From contig RHPI01000575.1 of NCBI GenBank assembly GCA_009103225.1, forward strand, positions 233,527-297,526: 64,000 bases of DNA. The letters run 5' to 3'. This document shows positions 52,208-64,000 of this stretch, piece by piece. The position numbers were made by a program, and so were the translations under genes. The stretch comes from Chlorokybus atmophyticus. Taxonomy: Eukaryota > Plantae > Mesostigma and Chlorokybus algae. Each line of letters begins with the position of its first letter. Positions within the stretch are counted from its first letter, which is position 1. The notes under the pieces are model-generated. The model saw only the letters and a list, made by a program, of their open reading frames with translations, did not search any database and was not told where the DNA came from.

Positions 52208-54232
52208 ATGGCCTCGCTCATGATCGTGCGCCCCTGCACCCCTTCCAAGGCCAGTCTGCCTGTCTACGTGCTGCTTCTTTTGCCAGTCCTTTGCTGCACC
52301 TTCATTGCCGCTGAAGCCGACGCTGCTGCAGGTAAGCAATGGTTATTGCTGGTTGTGCATGTGCATGTGTGCGTGTCTGTGCTGTGTTGTATTGTGTTGT
52401 GTTGTGTTGTGTTGTGTTGTCGCATGCCTGTCAGTAGTAGGGACTGGCAGTGCGCTGGGCAGCTTCGTATTGTAAAGTTGTATCAATGACTGATGGCATC
52501 CGCAGGAGTCATGCTGGCCCATGCAAGCGTTGAGCGGCGCCAGCTATACACCGCCGAATGCAACGGCCAGACGTACAACACCGACGACTACATCTGCTGC
52601 AACAACAGTCTTGATTTCAGACCCGGGCCCTTTAATATCGCCTGCTGCGGAAGTTCTGCCTATGATATGGACGACTACATCTGCTGCAACAACCATCTTG
52701 TAAGCAGGCCCGGGCCCTTTAATATTGCCTGCTGCGGAAGTTCTGCGTATGACATGGACGACCACATCTGCTGCAACAACTTTGTCCAAGCTAACCCCGG
52801 GCCGTTCAACAACGCCTGCTGCGGCAAAGTTGCCTACGACACCAGCAGCCACATCTGCTGCAACAACGTTGTCAACGAAAACTCCGGGCCCTTCAACAAT
52901 GCATGCTGCGGCAGTGTTGCCTACGACAGTAGCAGCCACATCTGCTGCAACAACGTCGTGAAAGACAACCCCGGACTCTTCGACAATGCGTGCTGCGGCA
53001 GCGTTGCCTACGTGACAACGGACAACTACATCTGCTGCAACAACAATCTTGTAAGCAAGCCCGGGCCCACTGACATCGCCTGCTGCAACAGTATCGCCTA
53101 CGAGACCAGCACTCACCTCTGCTGCAACAACGTTATCCAAGCAAACCCCGGGCCTTCTAACAACGCCTGCTGCGGCAGTATTGCCTATGATACCAGCACC
53201 CACATCTGCTGCAATAATGTTGTGAACAACAATCCCGGGCCCTTCAACAACGCGTGCTGCGGCAGTATTGCCTACGACACAATGGGTGACGATATCTGCT
53301 GCAACAACAAACTTCTAAGCAAGCCCGGGCCCGCTAATATCGCCTGCTGCAAAAGTACTGCCTATGACACCAGCACCCACATTTGCTGCAACAACGTTGT
53401 CCAAGCAAACCCCGGGCCCTTTAACAACGCCTGCTGCGGCAAAGTTGCCTACGACAGCAGCAGCCACATCTGCTGCAACAACGTTGTTCAAGACAACCGC
53501 GGGCCTATCAACAATGCGTGCTGCGGTGGTGTTGCCTACGACACCAGCAGCCACATCTGCTGCAACAACGTTGTCCAAGACAACCCCGGGCCTATCAACA
53601 ATGCGTGCTGCGGCGGTGTTGCCTACGACACCAGCAGCCACATCTGCTGCAACAATGTCGTGAGAGACAACCCCGGGCCCTTCAACAACGCGTGCTGCGG
53701 CAGTATTGCCTATGTTACGACGGACAACTACATCTGCTGCAACAACAATCTTGTAAGTAAGCCCGGGCCCGTCAACAGTGCCTGCTGCAGCGGTACTGCC
53801 TATGACACCAGCACCCACATCTGCTGCAACAACATTCTCAGAAACAACCCCGGGCCCTTTGACAACGCCTGCTGCGGCAGTGTTGCCTACGACACCAGCA
53901 GCCACATCTGCTGCAATAATATTCTCAGAGAAAACCCCGGGCCCTCTGACAACGCCTGCTGCGGCAGTGTTGCCTACGACTCCAGCAGCCACATCTGCTG
54001 CGTTGACGTTGTGAGAGTGTTTCCCGGGCCCTATGACAATGCGTGCTGCGGCAGGGTTGCCTACGACATCAGCAGCCACATCTGCTGCAACAACATTGTT
54101 CTAGAGGCGCCCCCCAACGCCGCCTGCTGTGGCAATACTGCCTACGACTCCATCAACTCCGTCTGCTCCAAAGGTCCTTCTCCTCCTCCTCCTCCTCCTC
54201 CCCCTCCTCCTCCTCCTCCTCCGGAACTCTAG
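52208..54232 (+). CDS. Large secreted galaxin-like di-cysteine repeat protein, about 616 aa; exons 52208-52331 and 52506-54232
   Basis: The signal-peptide exon is homologous to 26662-26779; phase-1 intron; 18 repeats of about 29 aa (YDTSSHICCNNVVQDNPGPFNNACCGSVA); poly-Pro tail ending PEL. Confidence 0.92.
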
Positions 54233-54659
54233 CATAGCACGGAACCGTGCTACACTCTTTGTAAAGCGATGTGCATACCCAAGCGGCTGGATCGTTATCC
54301 GCTGCAAGCCCTAGTGAAAGCAGCCCAACAAATTTACTCTTCTAGCATGTGTATCAAGCACAGTACGCATTGAAAGAGAGTCGGTGATAGGGCTAGGCTA
54401 CATGCCAACTGCAATATATATATTCTATTGTTGTCAACTGTTGCATGCTCTGTGTCAGCGTATGCAGAAGTTAGTACTGCTCGGTAAACTAGTCATGACT
54501 TGCTGAGAAAGCAGTTGAACTAATTCGAGGATGCATGACAGCTGAGTTGCCATCTATCTGTTCATGCAGTCATGCTTGCCTGTATGGTCCAAGGAAGGGC
54601 AAGTTTCGCCAGGCTTCGCTTTCGTGCGCAAGCGAGTCTTGTGCGAATCAGCCACACGC

Positions 54660-55120
54660 GCAAACTTGTGCACTTGATGGGATTACTGGTGACTGATTGT
54701 ACTACTGCGCAGAAGCACACTCCTGCTGCTGCTCAGCCCTCTCGACCCTGCCAGAGCTACTGTCCCCTGGCGCCTCCATGCTTGACCATCCACTTTCTGA
54801 AGGACACGTAGAGTGTCGCTCACGCACACGCACGCATACATGAGCTTTTGTGTGCTGGCGTGTCTGTGCAACACAGGCACACTAGCAGAGCCCCAACTGC
54901 AACGGCATGCAGACAATCAAAGATCAGCAGCGCTTTGCGCCATCTCACCACAGACCTTGCCAAAACAGCGCTCAATTGTCTCAAAGAGTGCTCAATTGTT
55001 ACACAGCAAATTGCCAGTAGCTGCTCTGGCAGTCGCAGCAACAGTGCTCACCTTCCTGCCGCCACGGCTTCTCAGACCACCAACAACCGCAACAACACCA
55101 ACAGAGTCAGCATCAGGCGG
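54660..55120. repeat. Degenerate dispersed repeat, copy 2
   Basis: Homologous to 49720-50260. Confidence 0.6.
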
Positions 55121-55424
55121 AACAAACGCTGAAACAGCATCAACGTTGCTCGCCTGCATGAGCAGCTTACCGCCACATAGCCACAATGCAAACAATGTAT
55201 TCATTGATAAACAAAGCTGCCACAAAAGCATCGCTGCTGTCTGGTCAGCCTGGCGGCCAGTTTTGCCCGTTGTTAACAAACCGCGTAGTCAAGCAGAAAC
55301 TTCGCGGTTTGTTGCTGGACTCGGGCGACCAAAGCGACCGCGGTTGCCGGTAAACTAGTTGCGGTTTGGTTCGGAGGCAGCTTAAGATTTGGAGAGCACT
55401 GCTGTGCTGGTAGCTTGCATGCCT

Positions 55425-55790
55425 TCACAGCTTGTCTGGCGGCGGCGGCGGAGGAGGAGGAGGAGGAGCAGGTGAAGGAGTAGAAGGAGGTGTTCGGGTC
55501 AGGACGATTGAGTCAGAAGGTTCGTGTCGTGGTAAGGGGTGTTTGAGCAATGACCAGTGCTGATGTGGAGCGCTGGTTTGGTTTCTGCATGGGAACAGGC
55601 TGTGCTGCTGCGCAGCGCATGCGCAACCACATGCCGGGTACCATGTGTGGTGGTGGCACTGAGCAGAGTTGACATGCGGTGAGCAGCCTGGTCTTATAGC
55701 ACAATGGCCGCATGCATGCCAACTGTCTGCTGCAGCATAGCAAACCAATGTTGCTTGGAGTGCCCAAAGCACGGTTGTTGTTCACCTATG
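55425..55790 (-). pseudogene. Possible decayed last exon of a third Cys-rich/poly-Pro secreted protein gene
   Basis: Ends ...PSPAPPPPPPPPPPDKL* (compare ...PSPPPPPPPPPPPPPEL* at 54232). Another frame reads CSNTPYHDTN (compare CCNTTPYNTN). A splice-acceptor-like GCATAG lies at about 55786-55791. Confidence 0.35.
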
Positions 55791-57433
55791 CAACCGTGAC
55801 GCTAGCTACATAGTCGTAGCACAGCTCAAAAACTGGCATACACGTTGTGCACCTTTGGAATGAGCGTTGACGGCTCTTGTGAGGCGCATAGCAGCTGCGC
55901 TTACATTGGTTGCTATGCACGTGACTGCACGCGCAAGCCGCGTGTTTATGTATACAGTTGTATAACAGTGACCAAAATAAGTCCGCCAAATCGTCCCACA
56001 TGCAATGCGGTGGGCACTGCACAGCAGCACATGTCAACCAGTGGCTTGCCACCGCTGATTGAGTACTTTTGTAAGTAAAACAGCCTGTTGGTCAGCAAGC
56101 TAGAAGCTAGCAATACACAGCTGTACGACCACAAAGTTCTTCTCGCGTATTCTGCAAAATGGGTTACTGAAACTGAGTGTTCCGCGGTTATTCCTTTCGG
56201 TTTTGTCCCACGCATTCCCCATTGTACAAGGCTTGGATGCTTGATCAGCGCCAGAAGATCATCCAGCGCAATGTTGCAGTTGAAAGGCAACAGCTTTTGC
56301 CCAATTCATCTTCTCACAACCCCAACAATCAACAGCCGCTATGAACACTCTTCCAACCCACTTCAAACCCGAGGTAGGAATGTGCTTCGCTCTGACGTGT
56401 TGCAAGGACATTATAAGCCCTCGTATTTTTCGCAAGTGTTGGAGACTGAAGAAGCGTTTGAAGCTGCACCAGCTAATGTTGCCCCAGCAATGTCAGAAAG
56501 AATCACGTAGGCTTACAGTTGGACAGATAGTCACAAGCAACAATCACGCTTGATGTTGTTGTTCTCCCACTTGGACCCGAGACAATCGGCGTTCCCGCCG
56601 GCCTAATGCAAGGGGGTGTGGCGTGCACCCGCGCTCCGCCCACAACGCCGTCATGGACTGGCCCTCAGGGCTGCTGCTCCAGACCACGTACAACGCAGCG
56701 AGGTGGTCCACATGATTCATGGGCTGTGTACGCAGAGGTACGCTTCACGTGTGTTTTACAAATACAATGCATGGTTTGGCTGTGGTACTCTGTGTATAGC
56801 CAGCAGCATAAATGCCAGTACTATTCAGGAACACTTCGCGATAGCTCGTGTTGCTGAATAGTTCTGTTGAGCTTCCGAGGCATCACGAAGTTGTGCAAAG
56901 TATGTCAGCTCACTCAGTCAGGCTGCCGTGTGCATCAACGTCAGACATGCATATTGTGCACGTATGCTGGTCTGTATTGTGTTGGTCCAAACACTAGCAG
57001 TGCAATTTTCTTGCTGCTACTAGCTGCGTAGCACTGTACAGCCTGATTCGTCACGCCAGTGGCTGGCACATCTTGCAACTGTAGCCAGCTTTCAGCCGCA
57101 TTCTGCTGTCAGCCAACAGTGTTCCCACCAACAGCTCACTGATGTAATATTGTGGTCTTTCGCGTGCGAGTTTTGCGCAACCTTGCTATAGTTGCATGCA
57201 AGAAATATTCACAGCCAATCAAAGTACCAGTGATGGCGTAAGTACAGCTGGGCTCCCCCGTATTGCGCTCACAATTACTCTTATTCCGGTTTGCCATCTA
57301 CTGTAGCAATGAAGTCTGAATAGTGTCCATACAAACAAACCTTGCGTGCAACAGGCAACGCACATTATACTGTACATACTGCACACTCCTCCTCGTCACA
57401 GGCCGGGGACGATACTCAAAAGCCATATATGCC

Positions 57434-57774
57434 TCACGCTCCTTGAGCCATGACTTGAGCAGGTGGCGGTGCAACACGCCCAACAGCACCCGTGCCTCTT
57501 CTATACGCGAGCTCGCGGCTTTCCTGTGCGAGCGCTAATGCCGGGCAGCAGTAGCTCACAAGACAGTCCTCGCATGGGTCCCCTTCCAGGTTGTGCTGCC
57601 TCCTGAGTTCACCCCTTGTTGTCGTCTGCGCCGCCCACGCATTGTCCCCCAAACAGTAGTACAAGCAGCACGCCTGGTTGAAACTGCTGTTGTTAATGTG
57701 GGCTCCTCCTCTGCCATGCACCTCAGCCACGTTGTCGGCGTACAGACAGCATGGACAGCAGGCAGCATACAAAC
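57434..57774 (-). CDS. Terminal exon of a third, more divergent PLAC8-family gene
   Basis: LYAACCPCCLYADN...RGELRRQHNLEGDPCEDCLVSYCCPALALAQESREL; acceptor TCGCAG at 57775-57780. The upstream exon is unresolved: the candidate donor at about 58159 gives an in-frame TAG. Confidence 0.8.
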
Positions 57775-58941
57775 CTGCGAGTGTGTGGGATGGTGAGTGA
57801 TGGACAGCCTACTTGTGTTTGTAGAGGGTGATGCTGGCATGGCTTTCTGATGTTGTTGCTATGTCTGCAGTGGCATGGTACTGACACATCATGATTGATG
57901 TGTGCTTGGTTGGCATCTGTACTGTCAACTTACACTGATCGCAGTCGTCTGGCGAGGCGCAGCAGTCCGTCAGGTCCGTATGCCAGTCTGACTTGAGAGC
58001 AGCCTGCGTGCTCTGCGTTAAAGTATGCCTGTTTCATCACTGCTAAACAAAGTGCAGTATGTTTTTGCATCCACAGCAGCGCCCTATGGCCGTTGACAGA
58101 AGCAAATTGAAGGTGGCAAGTAGATGAGTCAGCCAAAGCAACCCACACATAGTACTCACATTGCCGCCGTTCATGCTAGCCTCCTCCTGCTGTTGCAGGC
58201 CCCTCTGTTTCAATGTCTCTCCCCGCCTATGTTGTGACGGCAGTGAAGGCCGTGCCGATAACCACCGCCGCCGCCGTTGCAGCTGGGAGCAGAACTGTGG
58301 CGGGGCCGCTCCTGCAGCCACTGCAGTGCGGTGGCTTGCAGGGAAGAAGTTCTTGGCTAAGTCGCTTCCATGTCCGGTAGAAAGTCCCTTGTGCTGGCTG
58401 AGTAAGAAGGCCCTATCACTAAGCCAGCGCCATCTGCTGGTCCATCCTGCAAGCGTGCTGGCTGAGTAACAACTTGTTGTAAAGGGCCTTGTTAGTAACA
58501 TCATGCAATGGACTATATAAAAAGATATGTAGCATACCCATTGTTTTTAAGATCATTTGGTTGTTGAATTTACTTTATTAATTAACATGCCAAACGTGTA
58601 AAATTTCATGTACATGAGTTCATTATAGCATGCGTCACTAACTTCTTTTTCTCTTTTATTATAATACGGGTTACATTAATATAAAAGATAATCAAACCTG
58701 CATGTTCACATTATCAACTAGCAGTACTGTGGTACAATAATATCGCTGCTAATCATAAGCGTACAAAAAATACATTATATTGTACGTGGTGCTGTTTATT
58801 GTACATTGGTTGTAAGAGTATATACACAACACCCAGTATAACCTTGTTGATGTTTTAATAATAAATAGCGTTGGCCGCTAACATTGTTTGTTAACATTAG
58901 TAATACATTTATATTTGCATTTGTATCATATTTTGTTAAAT

Positions 58942-59037
<96 letters not shown>

Positions 59038-59294
59038 NAAGGCCCCCGTTCAAAGATTAAGTGCGGGTGTTCTAATTGGGGAATAGGGGGCAATTTGTCA
59101 GATCACACTATAAGCGCACCGATTCGGTGCGCTTATACTGAATCTATCACACGGAATTAAGTATTAAACTATAGCAGCGTACATCACTGCCATTAGAAAC
59201 TTCGATAAACAAAAAGAAACGTGCTAAAATACAATGATTCTAACTTAAATATCATAAATGTACCCCCCCCCCCCCCCCCNCCCCCCCCCCCCCC

Positions 59295-60171
59295 TGTCAC
59301 GCCTATAAGGCTGGCTAAAGTCATTCTCTGTTTCTTACTTATGTAAGTAAGATAAGACCGCGTGCGTTTTCCATGTCATAAGCATGTAGTGCTTGTGGGG
59401 TGGCTCTCACGTGGTCTGCTCTTGAGCCTATGAGGCCTTGAGTGAGATAAACTACACAGGGTATTGCATATCAGCAAGCACAAAATTGGTCGGTACCATT
59501 AAGACATGGCCATGTGAGCCATGTGTCCGCGAGCCATGTGTGTGCATATGTTTGCATGTGCATATGTCCGCATATGAGTGCATATGTGAGGATATGAGGT
59601 ACGTACTAGATGTATGCATGCATGCGCATATGTGTGCATATGCGCGCATATGTATGCATATGTATGCATATGTATGCATGTGTGTGATGTCCTAGGCTGA
59701 TATGACCAGCCAAGGACGTTCACATTGCCCAAGGGTGATGATGGTGATGTCCAAAGCTGATGTGACCAGCCAAGGACGTTCACAATGTCCGAGGCTGATG
59801 TGTGATCAGTCTTGGACATCAAACAAGAGGTCCAAGGGCTGATGTGGCAGTCTAGACATGAGTTGTGGTCAACGCGGCCATGACAAAGCAAGTAGCCTTG
59901 GACTTGGATGACTAGGTCGGAGAGCAGCAAAGAGGGGGTATATGAACGGCCTCAACAAGTGTTGAAGGGGCTCAGCCTGTGCATACTCGACTCTTGTGTG
60001 TGGGGTGCCTGATTTAGTTGTTCAAGGGGCTCTCCCTCTCATCCCATGTGGGGTGTGATGCTTGTGGCAGCTCGGCACATGTGTGTGGGGTGTGCTTGAG
60101 TGTGCATGTGTGTGGGAGCTGAGTAGAGAGGTTGGTGGCATCCTCTCCTTCCTTGGTGCGGTGCTGTGACT
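59295..60171 (+). mobile_element. Gypsy-type solo LTR (about 877 bp, TGTCACG family)
   Basis: TGTCAC...GTGACT termini; CCCCC/TCCCC flanks; internal short duplication TGACCAGCCAAGGACGTTCACA; the start is homologous to 1779. Confidence 0.65.
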
Positions 60172-60759
60172 TCCCCTTCAAGGTATTGCACCGTGTGTTG
60201 CTGGTCGAGCTTCTGGAAGTAAGTCCTTGTGCTTGTGCATAAGTTTGCCAAGCCGTCCAGCAAGTAAGTGAGTGGTATCTTTAAACTCCCCCCCCCNNNN
60301 NNNNNNNNNNNNNNNNNNNNNNNNNNNNNNNNNNNNNNNNNNNNNNNNNNNNNNNNNNNNNNNNNNNNNNNNNNNNNNNNNNNNNNNNNNNNNNNNNNNN
60401 NNNNNNNNNNNNNNNNNNNNNNNNNNNNNNNNNNNNNNNNNNNNNNNNNNNNNNNNNNNNNNNNNNNNNNNNNNNNNNNNNNNNNNNNNNNNNNNNNNNN
60501 NNNNNNNNNNNNNNNNNNNNNNNNNNNNNNNNNNNNNNNNNNNNNNNNNNNNNNNNNNNNNNNNNNNNNNNNNNNNNNNNNNNNNNNNNNNNNNNNNNCC
60601 CACCCACACCACCACACACACACACACGGCGATTTATGTACTGTGTAGTGCTTGGCGAAATGTGTATGGTCAGCACATGTTCCAAAGGGCATATGTCCCT
60701 TAAGGATAATATGTGGTTAAGTGGGAAGCCATGGGAAGGGGATGGGATAACCGCCTTAG

Positions 60760-61100
60760 CCAGACTGCCCTTGAGCATGCTTAGGGTGGGGAGTTGTGAA
60801 CATTGCTATGCACATTCAGGATGGCGACGAGACTTATGTGCACGCCATGGCCGAGCATTTGCGAGGTTGTACCACCTACCAAGTGTGGGTTACTTGGTGT
60901 TATTGTTAAGGGGGCCTTCGCCCGCTCTATGTTGGGTGACCCCACCCAATCTAGAGGTCGTGAGAGATTGGTAATCTCAAACAAGCACGCCAAGAGCAGT
61001 GTCACACTCAATGAGGCTCAGCACCCGGTGGGTGCTGAGAGGGAGCTGCCATATGAGGTGGACACCGTTGTAAAAGCGCAAAGGTCTACTACAAGCTGCA
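60760..61100 (+). pseudogene. Highly decayed Gypsy RT/RNase H fragment
   Basis: Across frames: EHLR, SVGYLV, PPNLEVVRDW (compare DPxKIExVxDW) and ELPYEVDT (compare LPFxVxTDAS). Confidence 0.45.
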
Positions 61101-61513
61101 CCATAAAGCCCTCACCATGTTAGAGTTTAAGGGAGCATGCTCCTCGATCTCCCTCTGTATGCGCACGTCTCCAAGAGGGAGTCCCTCTGCACTAAGGAGC
61201 ATTGTGCATGTGAATGTCACATTCACACCCATGTCTACTATGCAGATGGTTTGAATAGTAGACATGGGTGTTAGTCGCACACGGCGTGCGACTTTGTGCA
61301 CATGGATCACTGGATTATGCAAATCATGCATAAACAATGTTTATGCATAATTTTCACAATCTTGTACTTATGCCTAATTGCTGATTTAGTTGAGAGTTGA
61401 AAGCTTGGGCACAGTGTTACACTGGCGGTGAACGTGAACGCCATATAATCTACATCAATGGTGTGATTTATAAGAGTTCAAGTTGAGTAAGTTAGGTTTT
61501 CCATTCAGGCATG

Positions 61514-61795
<282 letters not shown>

Positions 61796-62559
61796 CACAC
61801 GCATTGCAATAGTCTTTGCCGCAATTGACGGTTCATTGAGGTCATTACAGGTATTGATGAATATGTCGGGTTGCTAAACCGCATCAATGATGGGGATAGC
61901 TTGGTCGTTGCCAATTAACTGTAGGGTTAAAGGTTACTGGTCGCTATGTCCATGCTTATGGCGTCAATTATTAACGCCACAAGCACGCCATTATGCAGTA
62001 TGTGCGAATGGCAATGACGGTGAAAGCTGTGCTGAGCCGCTCAGCACAACTTGAGTAATCAGCAGATTGAAAGGAGCGCCGCAGCATGGCAACTTGCCAT
62101 GCTCCATTGGCAAGGGCCTACGAATTCGCGTACCGTACATTGGCAGCGCTCTTGAGGAGTCAAAACCATTGCCGCTACCGTCTTAGATGAGGCATGATGC
62201 AAATGGGGTCGTACGATTGGGGCCGCTGATTGGCACCGCTGCTTTCGTGTCTGCCTTCTCTGCCACACAATGCATATACGAGTACTCTAGTGGTAGCCTC
62301 CGATCATCTTTTTAAGAGCCAATTGCTGGTCACCATTTTATTGCTTCTTTTGCTGCCAGCCATCGGGGACACACGGTGGTCATCTTATTGACGTCAATCT
62401 AGTGGCCCAATATGGCGCTCTCGCCCTGCGGGGCGAGCGTCGAACTTGATGTGTACAGTGGCCCCGTCCGCTTCGTTGCAAGCGCAACTGAGCTTTGACA
62501 CTACTATTGAGCTTGCTTTTATGGCATTCTCAACTTTAAGGCGTTGGCATTGATATCTA

Positions 62560-63520
62560 TCTATAGATGGTGCGCATGCCGTTTTTGTTACCAGTGGCAA
62601 CAGGGGGTGGGCTTGTGTTATATGACCACAGTAGCCCTTGCCACGCCATCTATGACCGTGACATTTGGCACCTTGCAATTCTCGTCCGACATCCGTTCAG
62701 CCCTTGTCGTGTTTTTTGACTCACTGCAGCACACCATCTCGCCGTCTTCAGCTAGCGTACGTGCAATTGCAATCCCTTCAGCGGGACATTACGGAGGTGT
62801 TGGATGGCCTCACTCGCCACGAATGTTGTACATCATTGCTGATTGGGGCACTAGCTCGTGACATCGCACGTCTTCAATTGGCATTGGGGTTGGAAGCAAA
62901 TGCGTGGCTGCTTGTATTGTCATTTTTCCTTGCATTGCGCATGTCTAGTCATCTCTTTCGCACATTGTAGGCTAGTGCGCTTGCTGCTAAGCCTACCTTA
63001 TCCCATGCTTGCACACGTACTACATAGTATGGCACCGTGCTTGTGGTGCGGCCTTGCCCGACCAACGAGGCATACACCTATTGCGGTGTTCGTTCAGTCC
63101 TCTGCGCATTTCCATGCACGATGTGCTGCGTGATGAGGTTGATCATATGTGGCGGGAGGCGGGATACACGGTAAGCCGGGAGTGCTGTGGTTTCATGCCA
63201 ATCCTGCACGCGAAGTTGCTGAGACGCCGAGTGCACTTGGTGGCCTCTAAGCTAGGCCACAACCTGCGCCTACTATTTGACACCACTGTCACCTCAAGCA
63301 GCGCTCAGTTCGGAGGATTCCTGCTCAGCAAGTGTAGCTAAGTTGGCCAAGTGTTGAAGGTACGGTGATCTCGTCGGGACACAAGTTCAACTCTGAGCGA
63401 TGGCATCTCTTTGGTGGCAGAATCGTCTAGCACTCAGGCGTCCTTCCTCGCACTCATCAAGGATTGCGCGCCCTATGTGGTTCAGCACAGGGATTGCATA
63501 CAACCCATAGGTTCGGATTC
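62560..63520 (+). mobile_element. Decayed 3' part of a CRE-like non-LTR retrotransposon with restriction-like endonuclease
   Basis: PVATGGGL (LPxxxGGLG thumb motif); ACGAALPDQRGIHLLRC (CCHC knuckle); MHDVLRD (RHD motif); EAGYTVSRE; RRVHL...LFDTTV (PD..D motif); KxxxYGD. Confidence 0.72.
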
Positions 63521-64000
63521 GTGTCCATGTATAGTCAGTGGTTGCATAGAATTCAACCTCGCAAATCGGCACTCTTTGCCCTGCCGCTCGTGCCTAAGCA
63601 GCCACGCACTTAGCCGAACTGCGTACATAGTCAGCACCAATCACCATGCAGTCAGTGGTGAGCAGTCAGTCACGCACGCATTGCTTCATTCACATGCACG
63701 GCTTGAAGTAGCTATTCTGCACTACTACCTCAAATAGTACAGCAATTGTAATATATGAAGAGCACAATGTGACTGTTGACTAGCTGACTCAGTCGCACGA
63801 TCTTAGCCAGATCTTTCTGTTTAGGATTGTATATAAAACAGCAGCCAGCAAGCGAGCAAGACGCGTTGGCTGCTCTGGGCAGTGAGCGCGATAATGTCAT
63901 ACTCAAGTTCATGCCATGCCTGAGGCGCGGAAAAGCTCAGCGGGATTGACAGTAGAAGTCCACAACCACAACGAGTTGCAACATGCTGCTGCGCTTACAT

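Noticed and set aside
52544-54079. Antisense and alternate-frame ORFs over the di-Cys repeat gene
   Set aside because: They are shadow frames of a repetitive GC-rich CDS.
52560-54170. Regular 87-nt periodicity as a CRISPR-like array
   Set aside because: The units are in-frame coding repeats with no unique spacers and no cas genes, in eukaryotic context.
56088-56860. 140-aa ORF at 56088-56510 and an exon-like stretch at about 56606-56738
   Set aside because: No recognisable domain or consistent splice chain.

Overview
Eukaryotic, intron-containing DNA from a draft assembly with N-gaps and probably inflated homopolymer and microsatellite runs. The ARIA-type ARM/BTB gene and the algal-type Copia primer-binding sites suggest a green alga (chlorophyte or early-diverging streptophyte); the species cannot be fixed from sequence alone. 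About 1.8-23.7 kb is a nest of LTR retrotransposons. It holds a decayed Ty3/Gypsy element (+) whose pol carries a C5 DNA-cytosine methyltransferase domain between protease and RT, and a PHD finger after the integrase. It also holds a full-length Ty1/Copia element (-, 14492-22935, TSD GCGCG) whose two LTRs each took a different insertion at almost the same position, plus a young non-autonomous Copia derivative, solo LTRs and a TIR element. About 26-58 kb holds host genes: two (possibly three) secreted galaxin-like di-cysteine-repeat genes, a damaged NIDO-domain gene, three PLAC8-family genes (two form an inverted duplication) and a complete 12-exon ARIA-like gene. The last 5 kb has a solo Gypsy LTR, a Gypsy RT remnant and the 3' part of a CRE-like non-LTR retrotransposon. 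All translations and alignments were done by eye; no database searches were run.
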